Below, piece by piece: positions 1 to 12,795 of a stretch of 64,000 bases of DNA; within the stretch, counting starts at the first letter, position 1; each line of letters starts with the position of its first letter. A model generated the notes under the pieces. That model saw only the letters and a program-made list of their open reading frames with translations. It did not search any database and was not told the origin of the DNA. The translations under genes were made by a program, and so were the position numbers. This DNA comes from Macrostomum hystrix (lineage: Eukaryota; Animalia; Platyhelminthes), in the NCBI GenBank assembly GCA_950097015.1, contig CATNEN010000001.1, positions 14,260,001 to 14,324,000 of the forward strand. Reading direction: 5' to 3'.

Positions 1-690
1 TGACATGTTAGACAGGACTGTGACATGTTAGACAGGACTGTGACATGTTAGATAGGACTGTGACATGTTAGACAGGACTGTGACATGTTAGACAGGACTG
101 TGACATGTTAGACAAGACTGTGACATGTTAGACAAGACTGTGACATGTTAGACAAGACTGTGACATGTTAGCCAAGACTGTGACATGTTAGACAGGACTG
201 TGACATGTTAGACAAGACTGTGACATGTTAGACAGGACTGTGACATGTTAGACAAGACTGTGACATGTTAGACAAGACTGTGACATGTTAGTCAAGACTG
301 TGACATGTTAGACAAAACTGTGACATGTTAGTCAAGACTGTGACATGTTAGACTGTGATATGTTAGACAGGACTGTGACACGTTAGACAGGACTGTGATA
401 TGTTAGACAGGACGATGACATGTTAGACAGGACTGTGACATGTTAGATAGGACTGTGACATGTTAGATAGGACTGTGACATGTTAGACAGGACTGTGACA
501 TGTTAGATAGGACTGTGACATGTTAGATAGGACTGTGACATGTTAGACAGGACTGTGACATGTTAGATAGGACTGTGACATGTTAGACAGGACTGTGACA
601 TGTTAGACAGGACTGTGACATGTTAGATAGGACTGTGACATGTTAGACAGGACTGTGACATGTTAGACAGGACGATGACATGTTAGACGA
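1..690. repeat. Minisatellite, 20-bp unit TGACATGTTAGACAGGACTG (in a CFAP300 intron)
   Basis: About 34 near-identical tandem copies are directly visible. The array ends at the GTGAGT donor (minus strand) at 695. Confidence 0.97.
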
Positions 691-695
691 CTCAC

Positions 696-3600
696 CCTTG
701 CCACAACCTTGTAGACATGGGAGATCACCTGCAGCTTCTTTGTATCCGAGTCCTTTTGAACGCTGAAATTTTATAAGTTCCTGCTAGATTAACCCGACTG
801 AGCGGTAAAAGAGACAAAATAGAGAATTACTGAATCTAACAACAAGGTATGTGAATTTTTAGAGTTAGGATGTCTAACAGTCAGTTTAAGATGTCTAACA
901 GGTAAAGTTTGGGATGTCGAATGGGTAATTTTGGCTGTCTAACAGGTAATTTTGGCTGTCTAACAGGCAAGTTTGGCTGTCTAACAGGCAAGTTTGGCTG
1001 CCTAACATGTAAGTTTGGCTGTCTAACAGGTAATTTTGGCTGTCTAACAGGTAAGTTTGGGATGTCTAACAGGTAAGTTTGGCTGTCTAACAGGTAATTT
1101 TGGCTGTCTAACAGGTAAGTTTTTGATGTCTAACAGGTAAGTTTGGATGTCTAACAGGTAAGTTTGGATGTCTAACAGTCAGTTTAAGATGTCTAACAGG
1201 TAAAGTTTGGGATGTCGAATGGGTAATTTTGGCTGTCTAACAGGTAATTTTGGCTGTCTAACAGGCAAGTTTGGCTGTCTAACAGGTAATTTTGGCTGTC
1301 TAACAGGTAAGTTTTTGATGTCTAACAGGTAAGTTTGGATGTCTAACAGGTAAGTTTGGGATGTCTAACAGGTAAGTTTGGATGTCTAACAGGTAAGTTT
1401 GGGATGTCTAACAGGTAAGTTTGGATGTCTAACAGGTAAGTTTGGATGTCTAACAGGTAAGTTTTGGATGTCTAACAGGTAAGTTTGGATGTCTAACAGG
1501 TAAAGTTTGTGATGTCTAACGGGTAATTTTGGCTGTCTAACAGGTAATTTTGGCTGTCTAACAGGTAAGTTTGGGATGTCTAACAGGTAAAGTTTGGAAT
1601 GTTTAACAGGTTGTTATGTTCCAACAATCTTTCTTAAGCTCACGTGACGAGGTCCTTGTACACAGCCTTTGCAATGTCCAGGTAGGGGTGAATGGAATCT
1701 TCAAATTGGCACAGTCGACCGCCTATCGAAAAGTGCATCAACAGGCGAAACAGAAATTCGTTGCGCTCAGATTCGTCGTACAAAAGATAGGCCTCGCTAT
1801 CTTCATTCAGTAGCATCTGAAATAGCAGTGATGTGCTGATTGCACTACTCAGCAGTAGGATAACGATAGTAGTGTGAGACTGGTGGTTAGTTTTTTGTAG
1901 ATTTTAATGGAATCGGATAATAATTTTGATTTAAACAGATCGGATTCTAAGAATTGGGATTAAAAATGGGTTTTTAGTATTGGGATTCTTATTTGGATTT
2001 CAAATGTTTGGATTGAAGAAATTCGACTTACAGTATACTCGACCAGGGACTTTTATATACGGGATTAGGATTTTGATCAGGGATCGGAAAATTTATTTAA
2101 CACTCGTGCCAAAGAGAGAAACCAAACCAGCACTGCGGGCCGCATTGACTGTAGAGAAATGAGACAGGGGTAAGATGAGAAACGGGTGACATGAGACACG
2201 GGAGAGATGAAACACGGAAAATATGAAACAGGGTGAGATGAGACAGAAGTGAGATGAGACAGGGGAGAGATAAGACAGGGGAGAGATAAGACAGGATGGA
2301 GATGAGACGGAAGAGATGAGACAGGGATTAGATTAGGCAGGCGAAAGATGTTGAGATTAGAAAGGGGAGATGAAACAGGGGTGAGATTAGACTGGACAGA
2401 TGAGACACGGGAGAGATGAGAGACAGGAGAGATGAGCCACGGGAGAGAATAGACACGGGTGAGATAAGACTGGGGACAGATGAGACGGGAGAGATGAGAC
2501 ACGGGAAAGATGAGACACGGGAGAGATGAGACAGGGGTGAGATGAGACAGGGGTGAGATAAGAGACGGTAGAGATGAGATTGCATAGTTGTTGTACCCCT
2601 AACGGGCCGAATTTTAGAGCTCCGATGGCAGCATTCAACTCATGAGGTTGCCTACCCTTTTTTAGTTTTTACGATCTAAATTTTAATTCTGCATTGGATT
2701 CAGCAGCATTCATCACCTGTCTCAAATTGTCGCCAATCTGCACTTCATCAATCCACTCGTCGAAGCAGCGCTTGATCTGGCCATCATCGCGAATGACTTC
2801 GCCAGTCAGTCGACTGAACAGGTCCATTGTGGTTTGGGTGCAGGGCACTGACTCAATGGACACACTGGCGGCTTTCTCACCTGTCAAAGTTTGTGTGATT
2901 GTCAATCAATTGCTAATCAATTTACTTAAAGTTGTCAAATATAAATGCTGCTTCTTTGTTTAAAAAAACTGACTTTTTTTAGTTTAAAGACATTCTATTC
3001 AGTCTTTCAGATATTTTAACTGTTAGACAGCTATATTTTACCTGTTAGACAAAACTGTGACATGTTAGTCAATGTCAATTGACTATATTATACCTGTTAG
3101 ACAGCTATATTATACCTGTTAGACAGCTATATTATACCTGTTAGACAGCTATATTATACCTGTTAGACAGCTATATTAGACAGCTATATTATACCTGTTA
3201 GACAGCTATTAAATCTGTTAGACAGCAATTACATCTGTTAGACAGCTATTACATCTGTTAGACAGCTATTGCATCTGTTAGACTGCTAAATTGCATCTGT
3301 TAGACAGCTAAATTGCATCTGTTAGACTGTTATTATTATACCTGTTAGACAGCTAATTATACATGGTAGACAGCTTTCCAACCTGTTATACTGCAAAAAT
3401 AAGTGTTAGACAGCTATTATACCTGTTAGACAGCTATTTTAGTGTTAGATAGGAAAAATGATTTCCATTTAAATAATTTTAACCGTTAGACAGCTCAGTT
3501 TCCTGTCCAATACAAAATAAAAACAGGAAAACTCACGCAGAATGACTGGCTCGCCAGTCTTATCTGAAGCAGTGCTCAGATGAGACACAACTGTGGCATC

Positions 3601-4431
3601 CTTAAAAAAGTCCTCAATGAATTCTTTGGCAGAGTGTGGCTTGAAATGGCAGTCAAAGGAGAAACACTGACAGAAGATCCTACCCTTCATGGACCTGCAT
3701 TAGGAGAATGGTGTTTAAAACATGCAAGTTTGCTGCCAAGATAGATAATAGGCCCTAATGACAAAACAAATTAAAATGATAAAATAAGAATTTGAGTGAC
3801 ATCTAAAAGTTTAAATCACTTGGTATTTTTACAATAGCTAGAAAACCCTATGGCTTTAAGTCTCTTAAAAAATACAGAATGCTGCCACTTCAAAGCTGTT
3901 TTAATCAAGCTAAAATTATAATATCTTATAAGTTTAATAAGTTCGAAAGGGTTTTCTTATAGTTTATGAACAGCTGATTCTTAAATTTAAAAAATTAATT
4001 AAAAAAGCAACCAGAAAATAACTTCTATATGGTCATAAACTAAATCTAGAATTGCTAAGCTTACTTACCTGGGTTAACTTAGTGAGCTACAGAAAACAAA
4101 TACACATGAGTAGTAGTAGTAGTATAACTTTTAATGTAGCTAAATAAACGCATAATCCAATGTTGATGGTTTTTTAGCTTCACAATAAAAATATTTTTAA
4201 TGGTAAATCTGTAATCTGAAGGGCGCGAAGATACGAATTTCATTTGTGACATTAAATAGTAATCATATTTTAAGACAAATTACACTTTGATATTAGCGTC
4301 TATGAAACTTACCACTTCATTAAAGAATCTTTGAATTCTTTACTTTGTGTGAGACAAGACTGCTTTCCAGCAAGGAACTGAAAATTACGCTTTTGTGACT
4401 CATCCGAGTTGTTTATCTTAACGTTCTGCAT
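696..4431 (-). CDS. CFAP300: Cilia- and flagella-associated protein 300 (C11orf70), dynein-arm assembly factor; 3' end lies beyond the left edge of the window
   Basis: Exons 4431-4313, 3694-3537, 2880-2717, 1816-1644 and 762-696 all have GT-AG boundaries and matching phases (2,1,0,2,0). The joined protein reads MQNVK...LMKWSMKGRIFCQCFSFD...FFKDATVVSHL...VPCTQTTMDLFSRL...IRDDGQIKRC...LLNEDSEAY...RNEFLFRLLMHFSIGGRLCQFEDSIHPYLDIAKAVYKDLVTVQKD...VYKVVAR. This matches recalled CFAP300 motifs ([43 protein letters not shown]). Confidence 0.9.
868..1612. repeat. Minisatellite, ~21-bp unit TTTGGATGTCTAACAGGTAAG
   Basis: Tandem copies are visible. It shares the TGTCTAACA core with the arrays at 1-690 and 3015-3450, in the opposite orientation. 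Confidence 0.95.
2135..2580. repeat. Purine-rich 16-bp minisatellite (GAGAGATGAGACACGG), probably a remnant of the same MITE family as 20250-20694
   Basis: The tandem units are preceded by GCGGGCCGCATTGACTGT, which also precedes the same units inside the element at 20250-20694. Confidence 0.85.
3015..3450. repeat. Minisatellite, 19-22-bp unit TATACCTGTTAGACAGCTATAT
   Basis: Degenerate tandem copies in CFAP300 intron 2. Confidence 0.9.
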
Positions 4432-5512
4432 TACTGAAAATGTTTAAAGTTGTGTTTCTGTAGATGAGATAAATTACAAAGCTAAAAACTGCTTAACTCA
4501 AATACTTCGAGTATCGAATGAAAATATGTCAATTTAAAATTTAGAATATAATCTTAACAAAAAAGCATCACTGTGGCGTAAAAATTGCTGTTAAAAGTTA
4601 ATTTCATTCTACTTAATTTCTAACAAAAATATTAATAAAGATGAGACATCTTTAAACTGTTGTACTACATTAGTCGTTTTCAAAAACTTTTAAACACTAC
4701 TTCTAGACGTGTAGTTCGTCGCTAGTACTCGCATACGGCATATGTTTCTAAGGGCTTCTATTGTGTGGTTGAATGCAGGATTGATAGGCATTTAATCGAA
4801 ATTGAAACATGTACGTAAAAGCAAGGAGAAAAAACATTAGCTTTTTATTTGACATGTCTTTTCGGAACTGTATTCCGAACCTGAGTCCTACCATGAAAAG
4901 CTAATAAGATGGTATAGTAATAATAAGATAGCCATTTGTTGGTCCGGTTATAAACCGATTAGAAATATCCTATCGTTAAGCTCGAAATTACTGGCTATTG
5001 TGACCTGTCGTTGGTTCTCCAAAAACTTATCCTAAGAATTAGGGGCAAGAATTGCATTATCCAACCGCCACCTCCACTCTTAAGGTGGCACGTGGAGTTT
5101 CAGAGCAATTTTTGCTGAAGGCTTTTAATTAAGCATATTTGTTTTCCCGGTTAATGCAGAAATTTTAGAAAATATTTGCTGAACTGTATATAGGTTATTA
5201 GCACATCGCTGTGGAATGTGCCACTACACAAACAATTTTGCTTAGAGTTATAGGCACGGAAGATAGAATTACGAAAATCAAACAAATAAGGTGACCAAAC
5301 CAATTCAAAACTAATTAGTGTAGGTGATGTGCAAAGATACCCGACTGTGAATTGAGATAAGAGATTTAGCACCCGCGATAAGCATTTTATATACTCTTAA
5401 ATTAAGTTAGGTAGTAGATAAACACAGGGGAAATGTAAAATAAACATTTTCTAACCAGCTGTTTCATATCTCTATCAATAAATTAAATCAACATTTACAC
5501 TTTTGCCTTATC

Positions 5513-5790
5513 GGATGGAGTGGTGTACAGCGATAACAGTCCGATTCCCGCACCAAGGTCACTGAGCTCGAATCCGCAGCGGGGCATTCTTTTGGGGCGC
5601 AGTCGTGGAGAGAAGGCTTGGGGGGCTTGTCGTGAGAATTGTACCTTTGAGGGCACAGTGAGAGTGTACACTGTCTGACGATGAGAAAGTCAGGGCAGAT
5701 GTACGCTCCTGTGTGTGCCTGCGTACGGTATCTGTGTGCGTGTATGCTCAGGAATCAGCGAAATAGGCAGAATCACCTCCACGCTGGTTG
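5513..5790 (+). mobile_element. tRNA-derived SINE, family 1 (degenerate copy)
   Basis: Contains the shared blocks GCACCAAGGTC...GAGCTCGAATCC (B-box-like), GGAGAGAAGGCTTGGGGG and GTGTACACTG.CTGACGATGAGAAAGTCAGGGCAGATGTAC. Confidence 0.85.
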
Positions 5791-6608
5791 CGTAAGAGCC
5801 AGCTATCTTAATTATTTTATTAAAATCTAAAGTAAGTAAAAATAGAAATAAAGAGCTCTCGTTGAGTTTGTGTTTCTGTTTTCATAACTGAATCTTTATT
5901 GAAAGCCAACAGAACGCAACGAAGTTAAATAGCATGATGCATTTAAACAAACTGCCAAATAATTTTTTTTTGCTTTATCAACTGCTTTTTCTAGGAAATT
6001 AAAACGCATCAGTACAAAATCGATCACAAGTAGGGTATTAAAACAAAGCACCACAGACTTTTAATCTTCATTGGTACACTCGTACATTGGTACAAAATTA
6101 GCATTTTACTGATAATTTTTTAAATAAAAAGCTGAAAGCACAATAACAATTTATTAAGCATAGAAAATTGGGAGGCTAAAAACAGAAGGTTGGACAACTC
6201 AGTTTGGCCACCCGAGTTCATCGCGGCATCAGTCAGGTGTAGTATCATGTACTTCAGTCGTATATGAGTACTATTATTAACTCAGTACACACACGGAGGT
6301 AAAACACATCGAACACACTCATGTTCGCCACAATTTTACATTCCTCCAGAGTCATTTTAGTTGAAAAAAACATTTTAACTACTAATGGGGATAAAACAAA
6401 GAATCATTGCTACATTTTTGTTATAAGTACAATATGAAAAAATACTTTGCTGGGCAAGCATCAGGTGGTCAGTCCTCACAGGTATTGCAGGTAGCTTGTG
6501 TTTCCGACTCCATCTGGAAAACAAGAATATATTAACTAATGTAGATATATTCGTTCAATAGTTTTCTGCTTCAAAGAAATCTAAAAGTGAATATAATAGT
6601 AATACTAA

Positions 6609-6880
6609 TTCTGACTCCTGAGCACACCCGCACACAGATACTGTAGGCACACGCTTACACAGGTGTGTACATCTGTCCTGACTTTCTCATCGTCAGGCAG
6701 TGTACACTGCCACTGTGCCTTGGAGGTTGGTCCTCAAGGCCGTAAATTGCACGACAAGCCCTCAAGCCTTCTCTCCGCGGCTGCGCCCCAAATGAAAGTG
6801 GCCTCGCCGCGGAATCGAGCTCAGGGACCTTGGTGCGAGAGACTTGAAACGCGTTAACCGATCTGCCGCCGACCCCCATC
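6609..6880 (-). mobile_element. tRNA-derived SINE, family 1
   Basis: Reverse complement of the same blocks, with head GGGGTCGGCGGCAGATCGGTTAACGCG...GAGCTCGATTCC. It lies immediately downstream of the achaete-scute ORF. Confidence 0.88.
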
Positions 6881-6911
6881 GGAAAGTGAGACATCATGGC
6901 TCATATTCTGA

Positions 6912-7820
6912 CTACTCACCTGTGAGTGACAGGAAGTGCACTTCCGATGCTCCGCTGCAGTCTAGAAGACCTCCGCCGGTGCCAAAGTCAACCGCCGATG
7001 ATGACGCGGTCACCAAGAAGTAGGCTGGTACCTGCTGCTGCTGCTGCTGAATCTGCTTGACAGGAGTTGACATGGTGAAGTAATCAACAAAACCGCTGCT
7101 TGGAAACAATTGTTCTTGCTGCTGCTGCTGCATCAGGTCGGTAGGAGAGCAGCTCACACTTGAGCTGTTTGCAGTTTCGCTGGACAGGTGCTGAAACAGG
7201 CCTGAGTCGTCGATTTCGCCAGACGCCGAAGCCGCAACTGCCGCCGTCTGACCAAAGTCGTCATCGTCACTGAGAAGGAGGTCGGACAGGTCGCACATGC
7301 CGGAAGTCTCGGCGGGCAGTGCAGGGGCATTCTGAACCACTTCAGTTTGCACCTGAGTTTGAGGCTGCTGCTGCTGCTGTTGCTGCTGCTGTTGCTGCTG
7401 CTGTCTTACCGACTGTCTCTGCTTCTTGGGCAGTTCCTGGTCGAAATTGTAGCCGCCAATTTCGGCCGAGTCAGAGTCCAACACACGCGCCAGGTAAGCA
7501 ATGTAGCTAGTGGCAGTCTTAAGAACCTCAACCTTGCTCAACTTCTTGGCCTTCTTACCGTTGTACCTGGTGGGCAGGCGGTCTCGCAGAATAGCAAAAG
7601 TTCTGTTGATCAGCTTCACTCGGTTGCGCTCCCGCTCGTTTCGCTTCTGCACCGTTGTCGTCTGGGGCTTCTGCACTGCGAATTTGCCATTGATAAACTG
7701 CAGCTTCCTTCGGCACGGCTGGTTGGTGTAGGCCACGGTCACCTTCTTCTGCTGCTGCTGCTGCTGATCAAGCCACTCAGTTGACAAGTTTGCCTTATCA
7801 TCACTGACCAACTGTGACAT
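6912..7820 (-). CDS. ASCL: Achaete-scute family proneural bHLH transcription factor
   Basis: The bHLH VQKRNERERNRVKLINRTFAILRDRLP...KKLSKVEVLKTATSYIAYLARVL carries the ASC-family RNERERNRVK signature, with an upstream CRRKLQF motif and poly-Q tracts. The ATG at 7820 is preferred, with a probable 58-nt 5'UTR intron at 7899-7842 (GTGAGT...GCACAG). The last codons overlap a possible G|GTGAGT donor, so the C-terminus may be spliced. Confidence 0.9.
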   Translation of the reverse strand: MSQLVSDDKANLSTEWLDQQQQQQKKVTVAYTNQPCRRKLQFINGKFAVQKPQTTTVQKRNERERNRVKLINRTFAILRDRLPTRYNGKKAKKLSKVEVLKTATSYIAYLARVLDSDSAEIGGYNFDQELPKKQRQSVRQQQQQQQQQQQQQPQTQVQTEVVQNAPALPAETSGMCDLSDLLLSDDDDFGQTAAVAASASGEIDDSGLFQHLSSETANSSSVSCSPTDLMQQQQQEQLFPSSGFVDYFTMSTPVKQIQQQQQQVPAYFLVTASSSAVDFGTGGGLLDCSGASEVHFLSLTGE

Positions 7821-8309
7821 GGCTACCCCAAGCTTGTTCGACTGTGCAGTATGAGGTGCAACTAACAGCATTGAACTGTTCTCCGGAATCAACACTCACT
7901 GCTGTTTTTATTTTGATTTTGGTTTTGTTCCAGCCAGACAACCAACCCCTCCTCCCAGTGACCATTGGCTGAGCAGTTGTGAGAACACCCTGCACATCTT
8001 TCTCACCTTTCTCGGCTCTTACCTATCAAACCTGGTCATCAAGTTTACTTTCATCTCGCCGCGGTTTTTTATTACCTTATAATTAATTATTTTTTATAAT
8101 AACTGACGAGCTGGTGTCTACAATTATCACAATTTTTTATCAATCAGACAAGCTCTTCGCCATGGCTCCTTCAAACTTCGCCAGTTATATCTGCATTATA
8201 TCTGGTTGATGTGTTCACACCAAAGTGGTAATAAATTTAGATAATAGCAGATTAGCCTTGCAGTAAAAAAAGAGGCATTTATGAGATTAGAGCAAACCTA
8301 TTACCTCCT

Positions 8310-11275
8310 TAATGACCATAACCTACTGTTCTATGACGAAAAACTGCTATCCCATGACCAAAACCTACTGTCCCATGACCAAAACCTACTGTCCAATGAC
8401 CAAGACCTACTGTCCAATGACCAAAACATACTGTCCCTTGACCAAAACCTACTGTCCAATGACCAAAACCTACTGTCCAATGACCAAAACCTACTGTCCC
8501 TTGACCAAAACCTACTGTCCAATGACAAAACCCACTGTCCCATGATGAGTGCCTACTGTCTCATGACTAAAACCTACTGTCTCATGACCAAAACCTACTG
8601 TCTCATGACTAAAACCTACTGTCTCATGACCAAAACCTACTGTCTCATGACCAAAACCTACTGTCTCATGACCAAAACCTACTGTCTCATGATGAGTGCC
8701 TACTGTCTCATGACTAAAACCTACTGTCTCATGACCAAAACCTACTGTCTCATGACCAAAACCTACTGTCCAATGACCTAAACTTAATGTCCCATGACCA
8801 AAACCCACTGTCCCATGATCAGTGCCTACTGTCTCATGACAAAACCTACTGCCTTATGACCAAAACCTACTGTCTCATGACTAAAACCTATTGCCCCATG
8901 ACCAAAACCAACTGTCCCATGACCTAAACTTAATGTCCCATGACCAATGCCTACTGTCTCATGACCAAAACCTACTGTCCAATGACAAAACCCACTGTCC
9001 CATGATGAGTGCCGACTGTCTCATGACTAAAACCTACTGTCTCATGACTAAAACCTACTGTCTCATGACCAAAACCTACTGTCTCATGACTAAAACCTAC
9101 TGTCTCATGACCAAAACCTACTGTCTCATGACCAAAACCTACTGTCCAATGACCTAAACTTAATGTCCCATGACCAAAACCCACTGTCCCATGATCAGTG
9201 CCTACTGTCTCATGACAAAACCTACTGCCTTATGACCAAAACCTACTGTCTCATGACTAAAACCTATTGCCCCATGACCAAAACCAACTGTCCCATGACC
9301 TAAACTTAATGTCCCATGACCAATGCCTACTGTCTCATGACCAAAACCTACTGTCCAATGACAAAACCCACTGTCCCATGATGAGTGCCGACTGTCTCAT
9401 GACTAAAACCTACTGTCTCATGACTAAAACCTACTGTCTCATGACCAAAACCTACTGTCTCATGACTAAAACCTACTGTCTCATGACCTAAACCTACTGT
9501 CTCATGACCAAAACCTACTGTCTCATGACCAAAACCTACTGTCTCATGATGATTGCCTACTGTCTCATGACTAAAACCTACTGTCCCATGACCTAAACTT
9601 AATGTCCCATGACCAAAACCCACTGTCCCATGATCAGTGCCTACTGTCTCATGACAAAACCTACTGCCTTGTGACCAAAACCTACTGTCTCATGACTAAA
9701 ACCTATTGCCCCATGACCAAAACCAACTGTCCCATGACCTAAACTTAATGTCCCATGACCAAAACCTACTGCCTTATGACCAAAACCTACTGTCTCATGA
9801 CTAAAACCTATTGCCCCATGACCAAAACCAACTGTCCCATGACCTAAACTTAATGTCCCATGACCAATGCCTACTGGCTCATGACCAAAACCTACTGTCC
9901 AATGACAAAACCCACTGTCCCATGATGAGTGCCTACTGTCTCATGACCAAAACCTATTGTCCAATGACAAAAACTTACTGTCCCATGACCAAAACCTATT
10001 GTCCAATGACAAAAACTTACTGTCCCATGACCAAAACCTACTGTCTCATGACCAAAACCTACTGTCCCATGACCAATGCCTACTGTCTCATGACCAAAAC
10101 CTACTGTCCCATGATGAGTGCCTACTGTCTCATGACTAAAACCTACTGTCTCATGACCAAAACCTACTGTCTCATGACTAAAACCTACTGTCCCATGACC
10201 AATGCCTACTGTCTCATGACCAAAACCTACTGTCCAATGACAAAACCCACTGTCCCATGATGAGTGCCTACTGTCTCATGACCAAAACCTACTGTCCAAT
10301 GACAAAACCCACTGTCCCATGATCAGTGCCTACTGTCTCATGACAAAACCTACTGCCTTATGACCAAAACCTATTGTCCAATGACAAAAACTTACTGTCC
10401 CATGACCAAAACCTATTGTCCAATGACAAAAACTTACTGTCCCATGACTAATGCCTACTGTCTCATGACCAAAACCTACTGTCCCATGATGAGTGCCTAC
10501 TGTCCCATTACCAAAACCTACTGTCCCATTACCAGAATCTACTGTCCCGTGACCAGAACCTACTGTCCCGTGACCACAACCTACTGTTCCATTACCAGAA
10601 CCTACTGTCCCATGACCAGAACCTACTGTCCCGTGACCACAACCTACTGTTCCATTACCAGAACCTACTGTTCCATTACCAGAACCTACTGTCCCATTAC
10701 CAAAACCGACTGTCCCATTACCAGAACCTACTGTCCCATTACCAGAACCTACTGTCCCGTGACCAAAACCTACTGTCCCGTGACCAAAGCCTACTGTTCC
10801 ATGACCAGAACGTACTGTCCCGTGACCAAAACCTACTGTCCCGTGACCAAAACCTACTGTCCCATTACCAAAACCTACTGTTCCATGACCAGAACCTACT
10901 GTCCCGTGACCAGAACCTACTGTCCCATTACCAAAACCTACTGTCCCATTACCAAAACCTACTGTCCCATTACCAAAACCTACTGTCCCATTACCAGAAC
11001 CTACTGTCCCATTACCAGAACCTACTGTCCCATTACCAAAACCTACTGTCCCATTACCAGAACCTACTCTCCCATTACCAAAACCTACTGTCCCATTACC
11101 AGAACCTACTGTCCCATTACCAGAACCTACTGTCCCATTACCAAAACCTACTGTCCCATTACCAGAACCTACTCTCCCATTACCAGAACCTACTGTCCCA
11201 TTACCAAAACTGACTGTCCCATTACCAAAACCTACTGTCCCATTACCAAAACCAACTGACCCATGACTAAAACCC
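8310..11275. repeat. Minisatellite, 21-bp unit ATGACCAAAACCTACTGTCCC, ~3 kb with higher-order duplications
   Basis: Tandem copies give the spurious MTKTYCP and HDQNLLS ORFs. A 376-bp offset duplication is visible (8891 vs 9267). Confidence 0.97.
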
Positions 11276-11824
11276 AGTAGATCACCGTTGCTACGCTTGC
11301 ATGACCAGTTTGTCAGTCAAAAGGAAATTTAACTTCAAATATTTCCGATGCCATCAATGGATACTTTACTTTCAAACAATATTTAAAGTCACAGATTATG
11401 CAACAAAGGCGTATTAGTCAGCTAGCTACAAGTGTATTTATGGAGTTGATATTCTGTGCTGTAAAATATTTAGCATGCACGTTGAATGCAAGCTTAAAAC
11501 GTCCTTATATATAAAAGAATGCCAGGCAAAACTAAAATAAAATTATCATTACTGACCAACCAACCCTTAATGACGTCACAAATGACCCCCTCGTTAGTTT
11601 TGAATTAGATGTTCTTTGAAATAAACAGCTTATAGGAAAATTAACACATCTAACCATATGTAAATGCAAATTTCTTACTTAAAAGGCCCTCACAGTTAGT
11701 AACAATGGACCACTGATTAAAACTTTTCGATAAGCTATTTAAAAATATTGCGAAAAAAATCTATAAAAAACTCATTTGCTCAAAACTCATTTGCCTGTGC
11801 TTTATGTGTCTATTCCACCTGCGT

Positions 11825-12150
11825 CCGCTCTCTCCTCCCCCTTTCTCCGCTCTCTCCTCCACCTTTCTCCGCTCTCTCCTTCACCTTTATCCGCTCTCTC
11901 CTCCACCTTTCTCCACTCTCCTCCTCCACCTTTCTCCACTCTCCTCCTCCACCTTTCTACACTCTCCTCCTCCACCTTTCTCCACTCTCCTCCTCCACCT
12001 TTCTCCACTCTCTCCTCCACCTTTCTCCACTCTCTTCTCCACCTTTCTCCGCTCTCTTCTCCACCTTTCTCCGCTCTCTCCTCCACCTTTCTCCGCTCTC
12101 TCCTCCACCTTTCTCCGCTCTCTCCTCCACAGTCTCCGCTCTCTCCCACC
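11825..12150. repeat. Pyrimidine-rich ~22-bp minisatellite (CTCCACCTTTCTCCGCTCTCTC)
   Basis: Tandem copies, related in reverse complement to 40290-40680. Confidence 0.93.
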
Positions 12151-12795
12151 ACAGCGCCTCTATTTCATTGAGTCTCTCGTGTTCATTCTGTACAGAAGCG
12201 CGCATTTTGTAAAAGCAAGCCGCATTTGGAATCAACATTGAACGAGTTAGGCAGAGAATTTTAGTCACCTAAGACTATTAGCTATTTATATAGAGATTCC
12301 AAAGTCAATGTAAGGCAATGAACGAGCAGAGTTAGCTGAGGGTAGAAAACAATTTTCGACTATCAAGCATTTCGCTAATACAGTTATTTTCAGCTTCTTA
12401 TTCATCCGCAACTATTCGCCAAGGCATTGTGGGCTGCTGAATCACATAGCTTTAAGATAAACAATCTCATCTAGCCATAACTATAAGTAGCATATACACA
12501 GAGTAAGCCAGTGCACAATTGTACATCACTGCAGGTTGTGTGCATTGAATTTGGCAACCAACTGCACTAAATAAATCTCTATGACCTGCGTTCATCTGGC
12601 TATTGTGCGGCCCAACGTTTTAACAAGGCTATTTAGTTTAGTGTCAGATAATCGCATTCGAAATCTCGTTGGAGCTAAACAGTTGTTAAATAAGTTTTTA
12701 GCATGGATTCAGTGACATTATCGTGAATTTCTGGCTTACACAAGCGCCATTAACAATCTCAGTTTGTCTGTGAGGTCCGAATAATTTCCTGAAAC

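Noticed and set aside
5067-5097. Possible H-type pseudoknot (GCCACC/GGTGGC with TCCAC/GTGGA)
   Set aside because: The stems are short, it occurs once, and there is no ORF or slippery-site context, so it is compatible with chance.
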